A stretch of 64,000 bases of DNA from Dehalococcoidia bacterium (GCA_965207225.1 CBDBLV010000005.1:160001-224000), one strand, 5' to 3'. Shown: positions 1-9,290, numbered from the stretch's first letter. A program made the numbers and translations. The notes: generated from the letters alone by a model not told the origin.

Positions 1-91
1 CGCCACCATGCGTGGGGTCTTTTTCGGCGTCTGATTTGTTCACACTCTCTTCCAACTCTATTGAAGCGCTGAACCGAGAGGGGCCGGAACG

Positions 92-358
92 ATGAACCCA
101 CGGAAGGCCAACGAGCGTAGGGATCACCGAAAGCGCCCGGTGCGGGCGGTCGTCCGGCTCGACGCGGCGGCCCTCTGGAAGCGTTTGGCCCTGCTGAACC
201 GCTCCCAGTCCTGGCTTGCCCGGGAGGTCGGGATAAGCCCTGGCTATCTCTCCATGCTGATCAACGCGGGGAGAGCCCCATCAGGTCGCATCCGGGAGCA
301 GATGCAGAAGGCTCTCGGAGCGGACGACTTCAACGACCTTTTCGGAGTGGAGGAATAG
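92..358 (+). CDS. XRE-family helix-turn-helix protein
   Basis: SQSWLAREVGISPGYLSMLINAGRAPS matches the HTH_XRE pattern; 88 aa. Confidence 0.8.
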   Translation: MNPRKANERRDHRKRPVRAVVRLDAAALWKRLALLNRSQSWLAREVGISPGYLSMLINAGRAPSGRIREQMQKALGADDFNDLFGVEE

Positions 359-469
359 CGATGACGCAACCTGACGTTACGTCCGCCCTCACCGAGTCGG
401 CGGCCCCACTCCCACACTTGTAAACAAGAGGCCAGCGGCCCGATAGAGAAGCCGCTGTGACTGTGACCC

Positions 470-694
470 ATGAGAGACAGCAGCGAGAAAAGAACACGGA
501 AGAGACCCGCAGGCCGGGAGCTTGAACGCGCCCTTGCCCACTCCATGCCGTCCTATTCTCCGGAGCACCGCAGGGCGATCCTCAAGGGGCTGCGCATCCT
601 GGCCCGTGTCGCCATCCGCTCATACATGGAAGAGAAGGCGGAAGCATCATCCCGGTCCGAAGCTGTAGGAGGCGGCAGCGAGGAGGAGATCTGA
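470..694 (+). CDS. Small hypothetical protein of the integrative element
   Basis: 74-aa ORF with an amphipathic GLRILARVAIR helix, downstream of the HTH gene in the same orientation. Confidence 0.5.
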   Translation: MRDSSEKRTRKRPAGRELERALAHSMPSYSPEHRRAILKGLRILARVAIRSYMEEKAEASSRSEAVGGGSEEEI

Positions 695-910
695 TGGGAT
701 GCGAGGGGAAGCGGCAGACGCCTCTGCCATGTCGGTCGGCGCCAAATGGATGAGCCAACCTGTGCCGCCGTCCCCAGCGGTCGGGAGGCCACGGGAGACC
801 GGCATCGATGTCAATGCTAAGTTAGATTTGACCCTTTTCCGCTAAGTTAGAACTGACCCACCTTGTCGTTAAGTCGCCTCCTTTCTGGCAAGCAAGAGTG
901 CCTCTGGGAT

Positions 911-1714
911 TTAGACGTCGCCGGAGCTAGCGGCTTCAGGCGATGTCGATAGCAGTTGATGGGAGGCGAAGAGTCCGGCCTGCCTCTTGCCTTTAAGCCG
1001 GTAGCTCTCGCCTCGGATGTTGAGGACGTGGCTGTGGTGCAGCAGCCGGTCCAGGATGGCCGAGGCGATGACGGTATCGCCCAGAAGCTCACCCCACTCG
1101 GCGAAGCCCTTGTTGGAGGTGAGGATGATGCTGCCCCGCTCATAGCGAGCCGACACCAGGGTGAAGAAGGCGGTGGAGGCGTCCCGGTCGTAAGGCCAGA
1201 TGCCGAACTCGTCCACGATGAGTAGCTTGGGCGACAGGTAGACCCGCATGCGCCGTTGGAGGTTGTTCTCCACCCTGGCCTTCCTCAGGTCCTCCATCAG
1301 GTCGTAGGCTCGGACGAAGTAGGCCCCCTGGCTCTTCTCGATGGCCTTGAGCGCTAGGGCCACCGCCAGATGGGTCTTGCCCACACCTGGCGGTCCCAGG
1401 AGCAGCAGGTTGGTGGCTTCGGCGACGAAGGACAGGCCGGCCAGTTCCCGCACCTGTCGCTCGTCGATGGAGGGCTGAAACGAGAAGTCGAACTGCTCCA
1501 AGGTCCGGTGGAAGGGGAGGTGAGCCAGCTTCGTCCTGGTGGACATGTACCGCTCCTTCCGGGCGGCCACTTCCACGCCGAGTAGCTCTGCCAGCATCTC
1601 GGGGTAGGTCAGTTTCTTGGTGGCCGCAGCGTCCAGGGAGTTGTCCAGGGCTTCGACGGCCTGCTTGAGGCCCAGCGTCTCCAGGTGCTGGCGAGCCTGT
1701 TCCAGCGCGATCAT
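911..1714 (-). CDS. istB: IS21 helper ATPase IstB
   Basis: Walker A GPPGVGKTH, LLIVDEFG, TSNKGF, AILDRLLHH, GESYR; ATGA overlap with istA. Confidence 0.95.
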   Translation of the reverse strand: MIALEQARQHLETLGLKQAVEALDNSLDAAATKKLTYPEMLAELLGVEVAARKERYMSTRTKLAHLPFHRTLEQFDFSFQPSIDERQVRELAGLSFVAEATNLLLLGPPGVGKTHLAVALALKAIEKSQGAYFVRAYDLMEDLRKARVENNLQRRMRVYLSPKLLIVDEFGIWPYDRDASTAFFTLVSARYERGSIILTSNKGFAEWGELLGDTVIASAILDRLLHHSHVLNIRGESYRLKGKRQAGLFASHQLLSTSPEAASSGDV

Positions 1715-2946
1715 CGCCCACCTCCCACCGCTGCCAACTCGTACACCTCCAGGGAGCGGCGCTCCACCTGGCCCACAGGGATCTGCACCGCCACGGCTTC
1801 CTTACGAGGACGATCATCGCCGCCGGGCAGTCCGTCCCACTGGCCCGGCAGTGTGAGGCGCTGACCGGTCCGCTGGGCTTGGGGATGCACCGCCAGCCGC
1901 ACGTCGCCCGACCAGACCTCCACCGTACCGGCCCGCACACCCACCTGGACCGTCGAACCCGCCCAGCTCCAGGGCACGCCGTAGCGAGACCTCTCCCAGT
2001 GGACGTAGCCGTCCCTGGCCACCTTCCGCTCCTCCCGCATGTAGGGCGCAAGGCCCGAACGCGGCGGCAGGCTGCCCAGGTGGGCGAGCTCCTCAGCCAG
2101 CATCTCTCGGGGGACCCGGTGCGTCGTCCCATGGACTCGCCGATTGGCCACCGCATCGCACCACTCCAGGGCCTGGCGGTTCATGTCTGCGTCGTCGGTG
2201 AAGCGGACACCGGGCCACAGGTTGCCCCGGACGTACTTCACGCCGCTCTCCACCTTGCCCTTCGTCTGCGCTCGGTAGGGTCGGCACAGACGGAGGTCGA
2301 AGCCCATTCGCAGTGAGAAGTCCAGCATCCGGCTGTTCCACTCCGGCCTGCCCTCCCTGTCACGCCCCAGGACCACCACCTTGGCGTTGTCGTACAGGCA
2401 GCGGCGGGGAACACCACCGAAGTACTCGAAGGCGTTCACGTGGCACCTGATGAAGGTCGCCACGTCGGCGCGCCGGACGAACTCCACGTAGATGGTCCGA
2501 GACCAGCTCAGCACCATCACGAAGGCCCAGACCCGGTGCTTGCGCCCGTCCTCTCCGACATAGGCGAAGCTGCCCCAGTCCACCTGTGCCTGCTCGCCTG
2601 GCGCCGTCTCGAACCGCACCGTCGCACGGGGCTGACGCGGCCGACGCCGAGGCCGCACGTAGTTGGTCAGCGTCGGATAGCTGCCGTCGTAGCCCAACTC
2701 CCGGATCTCCCGCAGCAGCACCACGCAGTTGTCCACTCCCGCCGACAGCCGACCATCTATGTGACCCTTGTATGGGTCCAGCTTCGACCCCTGCTTCTCT
2801 CGCCGCTTGGCCTTGGGCACCTCGTCGGAGCGCACGTACTTGCGCACGGTGTTCCGGGAAATCCCCAACTCCCTCGATATCCCTCGGATCGAGCTTCCAT
2901 CGCCCTTCAACTCGTATAACTCTCTCACTAACCCACCTCCTATCAT
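1711..2946 (-). CDS. istA: IS21 transposase IstA
   Basis: N-terminal HTH (ISRNTVRKY), RFETAPGEQAQVDWG, YDNAK, KGKVE; DDE integrase core. Confidence 0.95.
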   Translation of the reverse strand: MIGGGLVRELYELKGDGSSIRGISRELGISRNTVRKYVRSDEVPKAKRREKQGSKLDPYKGHIDGRLSAGVDNCVVLLREIRELGYDGSYPTLTNYVRPRRRPRQPRATVRFETAPGEQAQVDWGSFAYVGEDGRKHRVWAFVMVLSWSRTIYVEFVRRADVATFIRCHVNAFEYFGGVPRRCLYDNAKVVVLGRDREGRPEWNSRMLDFSLRMGFDLRLCRPYRAQTKGKVESGVKYVRGNLWPGVRFTDDADMNRQALEWCDAVANRRVHGTTHRVPREMLAEELAHLGSLPPRSGLAPYMREERKVARDGYVHWERSRYGVPWSWAGSTVQVGVRAGTVEVWSGDVRLAVHPQAQRTGQRLTLPGQWDGLPGGDDRPRKEAVAVQIPVGQVERRSLEVYELAAVGGGR

Positions 2947-3596
2947 TTGACTTGCTGCACCTCCTAATCGGTTTCCCGACGAAGATGCGTCCGCTATCGG
3001 GGTGGGTCAATTCCAAATTAGCGCTACTGGGTCAGTTTAGAGTTAGCACTAACATCGAGACCCCGGAGCGCCGCCGGCAGACCCCGCCGGACGGTTGACA
3101 TGTCACGGTGCCGCAGCCCCCTGCCAGCCCTGCGCCAGCACCCCTTCCGAGGGATTTAGAGTGCCGTTTCCGCCCCGTCCCGCACCCCCACCTCCATCGC
3201 CTTATGCGCCCCGTTTTCCCACCGAGCAGCCGATTTAGCACGGCGTCGTGCCCTCCGACATCCAACGAAATTCGCTGGATTCGACCGGAACCCGCCCTTT
3301 CAAGAAAGTGTTCACTCTTTCCGTCCGATAGAGGGACGATGTGGCACTGTGCCAGCTACGGAATCGCCTATTCCGCCGCTTCCCCGACAAACTCAAACTC
3401 GTGTACAGGCCCCCCACTTGGCGGGAGACCCCCGATCCGGCAGTCGGCTGGAAGGGATACCCTTGCAGGGGATGTTCCTCACCTCGCCGGGCGACTGGGG
3501 AGCAGGGACCGCCGGGGGGCTTGGACGAGCCCTGCTTGTTTCCGCCGCCAAAAACGACCCTTTCAGGTGGCGGCTGTTCACGTGAGAATTTGACCG

Positions 3597-3661
3597 ACGA
3601 GTCTTGACTCGTTCATGTGTGAAGGATAGAATGACTCGTAGAGCCTCTATTTGTGACTCAT
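3597..3661 (+). promoter_or_regulatory. Sigma70-type promoter and probable operator of the TA operon
   Basis: TTGACT (3604-3609), 17 bp, TAGAAT (3627-3632). Perfect inverted repeat ACGAGTC-TT-GACTCGT (3597-3612) overlaps the -35, with further TGACTC half-sites at ~3632 and ~3654. Confidence 0.7.
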
Positions 3662-3674
3662 CAGGGAGTGTGAC

Positions 3675-3938
3675 ATGAACCAATTGACGGTAAGAGGATT
3701 CGACGACGAACTGAGCGCGGCTATGCACGGCCTCGCCAGGCGGGAGGGAATCTCCCTGAACCAAGCTGCGCTGAGGCTTCTGAGGAGGGGAGCGGGGATA
3801 ACGGATAGCAAGAGAAACCCCAACGCCATAGGGTCTGCATTGGACGACCTGTTCGGTGTGTGGAGTCAGGATGAGGCGGACAGCTTCAACCGCGCTATTG
3901 AGGTCTTCGGGACGGTGGACGAGGCAGCGTGGGCATGA
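3675..3938 (+). CDS. Ribbon-helix-helix antitoxin (FitA/VapB-like)
   Basis: MNQLTVRGFDDEL...ARREGISLNQAAL RHH pattern; ATGA overlap with the PIN gene. Confidence 0.8.
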   Translation: MNQLTVRGFDDELSAAMHGLARREGISLNQAALRLLRRGAGITDSKRNPNAIGSALDDLFGVWSQDEADSFNRAIEVFGTVDEAAWA

Positions 3939-4333
3939 GGATTCTGCTGGACTCGAACGCCTACTCCGCGTTCATGCGGGGCAACGAGGAAGTGAGAGCC
4001 CTCATACAGGACGCTGAGGAAGTGCTGTTCTCCGCTATTGTTGTAGGCGAGCAGCTTTTCGGATTCCGGCAAGGGGCGTACTACGAGCGGAACCTTGCGC
4101 AGCTTCGATCCTTCCTCGAACGTCCTTACGTGTCCTTCGTTCCCGTGGGTCCGGTGACCGCCGACCGTTACTCACGTGTGATGACCGCATTGAAGGCTAA
4201 GGGGCGGCCCATTCCCACAAACGACGTCTGGATTGCGGCCCACGCGATGGAAACGGGCGCCGACCTGGTATCGGCGGATCGCCACTTCGAGCACGTTGAC
4301 GGGATAGTGTGGACACCGATAACAACCAACTGA
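3935..4333 (+). CDS. vapC: PIN-domain toxin (VapC family)
   Basis: ILLDSNAY, GEQ, IPTNDVWIAAHA, LVSADRHF; start ATG 3935 overlaps the antitoxin stop. Confidence 0.9.
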   Translation: MRILLDSNAYSAFMRGNEEVRALIQDAEEVLFSAIVVGEQLFGFRQGAYYERNLAQLRSFLERPYVSFVPVGPVTADRYSRVMTALKAKGRPIPTNDVWIAAHAMETGADLVSADRHFEHVDGIVWTPITTN

Positions 4334-4349
4334 AACCAAGGAGGACGAC

Positions 4350-5930
4350 ATGAAGAAGAAGCACCTACAGCCGCTAACGCCGGCGGCTTTATATGCCAGG
4401 GTGTCCAGCGACCGCCAGGACGTGGACCTGTCCGTGGCAGCCCAGCTCAGGGCGCTCAAGGAGTACGCAGAGGCCAACGGCTACTCCGTGGCCCGCGAGT
4501 ACATCGACGAGGCGGAGAGCGGCCGCATCGCAGACCGCCCCCAGTTCAAGATGATGATCGAGGAGGGCAGCAAGCCCAAGGCCCCCTTCCAGGTCATTCT
4601 CGTATGGAAGTTTTCGAGGTTCACAAGGAAGCGGGAGCACGCCGTCGTCTTCAAGTCCCAGCTGCGGCGCAAGGGCATCCGCGTGGTGTCCATCACCGAG
4701 CAGGCCGAGGACAACGCCACCGGCAGGCTGCTTGAGGGCATCATCGAGACCGTGGATGAATTTTACAGCGAGAATCTGGCGACGGAAGTTGTCCGGGGCA
4801 TGCGGGAGGCCGCGTCACGGGGCTTCTTCCTGGGTTCGAAGGCCCCCTTCGGCTACCGGAAGATCAAGGTGCAGGACGGGGTGAAGGAGCGCCCCTCGCT
4901 GGAGGTGGACCCGGCCACCGCTCCTGTAGTGAAGGAGATATTCGAGAAGTCCCTGGGCGGCCACGGCCTCAAGGAGCTGTGCAAGGAGCTGAACGAGCGG
5001 GGCGTCACCAACCGGGGCAAGCGCTGGTACAAGGGCGGACTCCACTACGTGCTGAGGAACGAGGTGTACACCGGCACGGCAGTGTGGGGACTCAAGGGCA
5101 AGAACGAGAAGTCCCAGGACCCTGTGCGGGTGGAGGGAGCGTGGCCCGCGCTGGTGTCGCGGGAGTTGTTCGACGAGGTGCAGCAGGCGATGAGCGAGCG
5201 TGCTCCGAAGGTGCAGAGGCCCGCGAGAGTGGGAAGCCAGTATCTGCTGAGCGGGCTGCTCAAGTGCGGGGTGTGCGGCAGGCCCTACTCGGCCCAGGGA
5301 GCCAAGAGCGGCCAGTTCGCCTACTACATCTGCGGCACCCTGTTCAGGGAGGGCGCGGGGACGTGCAGCGCCGGTTATCTGAACGCCCAGAAGCTGGAGA
5401 CCTTCGTGGTTGAGAAGATACGGGAGCGTATCCTCAACGAGGAGACCATCGTGGCGCTGGTGCAGCTGGTGGCGGAGGAGATCGACGCCATGGCCGGAGA
5501 GCTTGCCGATAGGCTGGATGTCGTCGAGGCGGAGCTAGAGGACGTGAGGAAGCGCCTTGGGAAGCTCTACGAGGCCATCGAGACCAGTGAGTTGACCCTT
5601 GAGGTCCTGTCGCCCCGCATCATGTCCCTGAGGCACCGCGAGGAGCAGCTGGAGGCTGCGCGGGAGGACGCCGAGACCCGGCTGGAGCAGCGCAGGGTTG
5701 CCCTTCCCGACACCGAGGAGATCGTGGAGTACGTGGCGGACTTCCGAGACTTCCTGAAGGACGGGACGATACCGGAGAAGAAGGCGCTCATCCGCAACTT
5801 TGTGGAGGGCATCGAGGTGGTGGGAGACGAGGCGACGCTGACGTACACGGTCCCCATGCCGAGCGACGGCGTGACCAGCGAATCGGCCTCGGTTCTTGAT
5901 TTCGTCAAGTCCAGCCCACCAGGGGGATAG
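4350..5930 (+). CDS. Large serine recombinase (resolvase + recombinase + Zn-ribbon + coiled coil)
   Basis: YARVSS catalytic motif, ESGRIADRPQF, SRFTR, LLSGLLKCGVCG, YYIC; RBS AAGGAGG. Confidence 0.95.
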   Translation: MKKKHLQPLTPAALYARVSSDRQDVDLSVAAQLRALKEYAEANGYSVAREYIDEAESGRIADRPQFKMMIEEGSKPKAPFQVILVWKFSRFTRKREHAVVFKSQLRRKGIRVVSITEQAEDNATGRLLEGIIETVDEFYSENLATEVVRGMREAASRGFFLGSKAPFGYRKIKVQDGVKERPSLEVDPATAPVVKEIFEKSLGGHGLKELCKELNERGVTNRGKRWYKGGLHYVLRNEVYTGTAVWGLKGKNEKSQDPVRVEGAWPALVSRELFDEVQQAMSERAPKVQRPARVGSQYLLSGLLKCGVCGRPYSAQGAKSGQFAYYICGTLFREGAGTCSAGYLNAQKLETFVVEKIRERILNEETIVALVQLVAEEIDAMAGELADRLDVVEAELEDVRKRLGKLYEAIETSELTLEVLSPRIMSLRHREEQLEAAREDAETRLEQRRVALPDTEEIVEYVADFRDFLKDGTIPEKKALIRNFVEGIEVVGDEATLTYTVPMPSDGVTSESASVLDFVKSSPPGG

Positions 5931-6030
5931 GAGATGGATTGATGACCCCTCCCCATAATCCCATAAGTTCCTCTATTCTTAGGGTTAGATTAACTCCAAG
6001 GTCGAACAGCCTTGATCAAGGAAACAGACA

Positions 6031-6588
6031 ATGCCTGAAACAGACAATCATGGCTTAATCGTTTCTCTAATTGATTCCTTGGCATGGCCCGCTGTTGCCT
6101 TTATTGCCCTGTTGGTATTGCGGCCCTATGTAAAACACTTGGCATCTCTTCTAGAAAAAGTCAAATATAAGGACCTTGAGTTGACATTTAGAAGATCCGT
6201 ACAGGACACAGCTGACAAGGTGGCGTCATTACCCGTCGCTGATGAACGCCAAGATGTGGAACCAATGCAAGTTTCCCATGATACTGATCCAAGGATTACT
6301 ATTCTAAAATCATGGGCCGCGGTCGAGAGTGCAATTGAAAGCCTAGCCCTTGCGCATAGTAGCGAAATAGGAAAAGTTCACCGTGTGCTGACGCATAGAC
6401 GTGTAGAGGCACTGCGCCGGGCAAATGTGATTGATGACACGTTGGCAGCTGTTCTTCAAGATATGAGAGGGGTGCGCAACCTAATTGCACATGGTAGGGA
6501 CTTTCCCCTTGATAAGGAAACCGTTGATGTATTCTCCACGGCTGCCGCACGACTTGAATCCGTTGTAGAACGGCAACTTCGCGACTGA
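6031..6588 (+). CDS. Membrane-anchored protein with a C-terminal HEPN-like (Rx4H) motif
   Basis: N-terminal TM segment (LAWPAVAFIALLVL), RNLIAH motif; lower GC than the flanks. Confidence 0.6.
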   Translation: MPETDNHGLIVSLIDSLAWPAVAFIALLVLRPYVKHLASLLEKVKYKDLELTFRRSVQDTADKVASLPVADERQDVEPMQVSHDTDPRITILKSWAAVESAIESLALAHSSEIGKVHRVLTHRRVEALRRANVIDDTLAAVLQDMRGVRNLIAHGRDFPLDKETVDVFSTAAARLESVVERQLRD

Positions 6589-6735
6589 CAGCCAATACAT
6601 TGCTAAGTGAGCCAGAGAGGGAAGTCTTATCTGGATTTCCCCTTGTCTGGAGAGCCTCTGTCTGGCAACCAACAACGCAATCAAGGTTCGGGCTTACAGC
6701 ACGAGTATTTGTGTAATGGCCCATTCAGGTGAGGA

Positions 6736-8157
6736 GTGCGAGCTTTTCTGTTTGGTGTGAACGGGCATAGCGAATCGTTTGAACGACAGGGTCTAAATTT
6801 GTACAAACATGCTGTAGAGGTCCTTCGCAAGACGATTCTGCCCTACGTGTTCGGTGTGCAGGGGTTGGATATTCCTTATCCCGCCATACTGATCTCAAAA
6901 GATGAATTCGGTTCAGAATCGGGCTCGGTCATTTTTCGGTTGGATGAACGAGGTCTGTTGATCGCGGAATACTTTTCGTATGACGGGCAAGTCAGAGACA
7001 TCTGGGCTGTGCCAGAGAGCCAAAGTGACGTAAGTAGATTCATTCGTCTTGTTGATACGGGCGTGGAGATTCCCATACGGTCCGTGAGGTCAAGTACGAA
7101 GACTAGTACGATTTACACCCAAGCTAAAATGCCGCTGATTAGGGCATTTGAATGTGGCATCTCAGGCTGGATCGGTGACTCGTCTGCGGAGATGAAATCG
7201 GCGATTGCGACGTTGGATGGATGTGCCATTCTGCCTTTACTGCGGAGCGGAGAAAAGACTGTACGAGGCATCGGCGAGGGAGAGAACAGGTTCCCGTCTA
7301 CGGCCTATTACGATAGTCGCATTACCGAGGTTATAGAGTTAGTTGCAGGTGGATGGAAGGCCTCACTCTTGTCAATGGGGGAAGATGAGCGGGAAAACCT
7401 AGGAGATGAACCTCCGTATTTACTCTCGGCCGAACTATGCGGGGGGTCTACTTTTCAGCTGCCTGCACAATCAGAAGTCCTGCGTTTGGTAGCCTTGCTG
7501 CTCTCATTTTCCTCGGAACGGTGGGTTCAGTATTCAACAATATATGGGCAAATGCCTAAGGCCCGTCCTCATGTAGCGAGACAGGCATTCATTGGGAGGT
7601 TTGCCTCTCGTGGGTGGAGCGAGAAGCGCGATGTTCGTATAGAAGAATTGCAAGAATGGCCGGTATTGTTCCAAGGATTGTGGGACTCTAGGGATTCACC
7701 GCAGATGCTTTCTGCTTTGACGCATCTTATCTCGTGCGGAGACCGCTCCAAGGACGGCATCTTCAGTTATCAAGATCTGGTTGAGGCTGGAGGGGCATTG
7801 GAGGCCGCTGTTCGGCTGTGGAATGGACTTGATCCAAACCACTTTTTTCGAACAAAGGGGTCATCTTCACTCAGGTCACAATTGCGACAAGTTGTCTCGG
7901 AGTTCAGGATGGATGATCGTACTTTAAGCAGTCCTGAAGTCCTCAAGATAGTAAGGCGAGCTTATGAGTATAGAAACACACTTGCCCACGGTAGTGGGGG
8001 ACAATTCCACCGTTCCGACAACGATGAAGCAAAGAAAGTTTTTGCCTATCAACAATACCTGTATTACCTGGCACGCCTTTTGGTTCTAGTAAAGCTTGGG
8101 GGAAGCTCAGGGCACCCTGGACTTCGGTATTATGCTCCAAAATTGGTGCCAGCGTGA
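6736..8157 (+). CDS. Large protein with a C-terminal HEPN motif (ApeA-like architecture); start uncertain
   Basis: ALEA and YRNTLAHG motifs in the C-terminal region; low GC. Confidence 0.6.
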   Translation: MRAFLFGVNGHSESFERQGLNLYKHAVEVLRKTILPYVFGVQGLDIPYPAILISKDEFGSESGSVIFRLDERGLLIAEYFSYDGQVRDIWAVPESQSDVSRFIRLVDTGVEIPIRSVRSSTKTSTIYTQAKMPLIRAFECGISGWIGDSSAEMKSAIATLDGCAILPLLRSGEKTVRGIGEGENRFPSTAYYDSRITEVIELVAGGWKASLLSMGEDERENLGDEPPYLLSAELCGGSTFQLPAQSEVLRLVALLLSFSSERWVQYSTIYGQMPKARPHVARQAFIGRFASRGWSEKRDVRIEELQEWPVLFQGLWDSRDSPQMLSALTHLISCGDRSKDGIFSYQDLVEAGGALEAAVRLWNGLDPNHFFRTKGSSSLRSQLRQVVSEFRMDDRTLSSPEVLKIVRRAYEYRNTLAHGSGGQFHRSDNDEAKKVFAYQQYLYYLARLLVLVKLGGSSGHPGLRYYAPKLVPA

Positions 8158-8183
8158 AAATGCTGAAGGTTGGTTGGTGAAAG

Positions 8184-8218
8184 GGCGCTTGAGATTCCTC
8201 GCGGGGCCTCGGAATGAC
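8184..8218 (+). repeat. Palindromic repeat family A (GATTCCTCGC-n-CCTCGGAATGAC)
   Basis: Identical 35-bp copy at 28102-28136; variants at ~13003, ~14985, ~16943. Confidence 0.85.
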
Positions 8219-8236
8219 GGGTAGGGGGAGTAGGGT

Positions 8237-8617
8237 TTGTTGATTGTGTGGGTTGGGGTGGGGGGTGTGGTGGGGGCGGTTGCGCGGTACCTGGTGGTGA
8301 TGGGGGTGAATGGGGTGGCCGGGGGGTCGGGGTTTCCGTATGGGACCCTGGCCGTGAACGCGGTCGGGTGTTTTCTTATCGGGTTGGTCGTGGGATACGC
8401 GGAGGCGCACAGGCCGCTGAGCGACGAGGTGCAGGCATTCCTGTTAATAGGGGTTCTCGGGGGGTTCACGACGTTCTCGGCGTTCGGGATGGATACTATC
8501 AGGCTGTTGAGGGACGGGGCGTACGTTGCGGGGTCGGCGAATGTGTTGGCGCAGGTGGGGGTGGGGCTGGGGGCGGCGGTGGTCGGGCTTCGGGTGGGGG
8601 GGTTGTTAGTGAGGTGA
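8237..8617 (+). CDS. crcB: Fluoride efflux channel CrcB/FluC
   Basis: GGVVGAVARY, FPYGTLAVNAVGCFLIG, GVLGGFTTFSAF. Confidence 0.92.
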   Translation: MLIVWVGVGGVVGAVARYLVVMGVNGVAGGSGFPYGTLAVNAVGCFLIGLVVGYAEAHRPLSDEVQAFLLIGVLGGFTTFSAFGMDTIRLLRDGAYVAGSANVLAQVGVGLGAAVVGLRVGGLLVR

Positions 8618-8649
8618 ATAGAGGTGACGGTTAGGCTAAGGAGGGCCCC

Positions 8650-8835
8650 TCCCCCGCTCGATCCTTCGAGTGCCTCAGGATGAGCGGCCCCGCGCCGGGG
8701 AGGGCTACCAGCCGGTCGCCCCTACGGGGATCCGGCACAACCCCTTAGGAGGGGAACACCCCACCCATTCCGTTCTAGAGACTCCCTCGAGGGACTCGGG
8801 ACAGGCTCTTCGACTCCGCTCAGGGCGAACGGAAT
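8650..8835 (+). repeat. Intergenic array of palindromic repeats (families C, E and nested H)
   Basis: CCTTCGA..CTCAGGATGAGCGG, GGGCTACCAGCCGGTCGCCCCTAC, CTCTTCGACTCCGCTCAGGGCGAACGG. Confidence 0.8.
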
Positions 8836-8897
8836 ACCCTACCCCAAAGGACGAGTGAGATAATGGTAGATAGCATGGCTGCAGAAGGAGAACTCCA

Positions 8898-9290
8898 ATG
8901 GGCCAGGGGAAGATTTTCGACTGGGATGGGGTGGAACGGCTGCCTCCCGACGGTCGGTATCCGGGGATAAAGGCAAAGGTGGTGGATGGGAAGAATATGC
9001 AGCTGATCTGGGCGGAGTTCCAGCCGGGCAGCGTCTATCCCCTCCATTCCCACGAGCGGGAGCAGTTCAGCTTCATGCTGAGCGGCCGGATGCGGTTGAC
9101 GGTCGGGGATGAGGTGTCGGAGGTCGGGGCTGGGGACATGTGGCATGCGCCGAGCAACGTGGAGCACGGGGGCGAGATCCTGGGTGACGAGCCAGTGGTG
9201 TTTGTGGATGCGTACTCGCCGCCTCGCCCGAAGGCTCAAAGGGGGTGGGAAGCAGATGTCGGGGCTGGTGGACGTGGTGGCCCGGGGTAG
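8898..9290 (+). CDS. Cupin domain protein (copy 1)
   Basis: PLHSHEREQ and APSNVEHG cupin motifs; RBS AAGGAG. Confidence 0.9.
   Translation: MGQGKIFDWDGVERLPPDGRYPGIKAKVVDGKNMQLIWAEFQPGSVYPLHSHEREQFSFMLSGRMRLTVGDEVSEVGAGDMWHAPSNVEHGGEILGDEPVVFVDAYSPPRPKAQRGWEADVGAGGRGGPG

Larger units (their letters stand above)
809..3054 (-). mobile_element. Complete IS21-family insertion sequence (2246 bp)
   Basis: TG...CA ends. Imperfect ~50-bp inverted repeats (TGTCAATGCTAAGTTAGATTTGACCC vs reverse complement TGTTAGTGCTAACTCTAAACTGACCC), each with two internal sub-repeats. 4-bp direct repeat TCGA at 805-808 and 3055-3058. Encodes istA and istB. Confidence 0.95.

Noticed and set aside
698-3098. ORF interrupted by IS21
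   Set aside because: Rejoining the flanks gives only a ~49-codon Pro-rich frame with no recognisable features.
3400-3580. HEARO/omega-RNA-like element
   Set aside because: Only a short GGATGTTCCTC resemblance, and no IscB/TnpB gene nearby.
8158-8236. Fluoride riboswitch upstream of crcB
   Set aside because: No GGCGATGG..CGCC / GCTRATGAC pattern; the space is occupied by a family A repeat.
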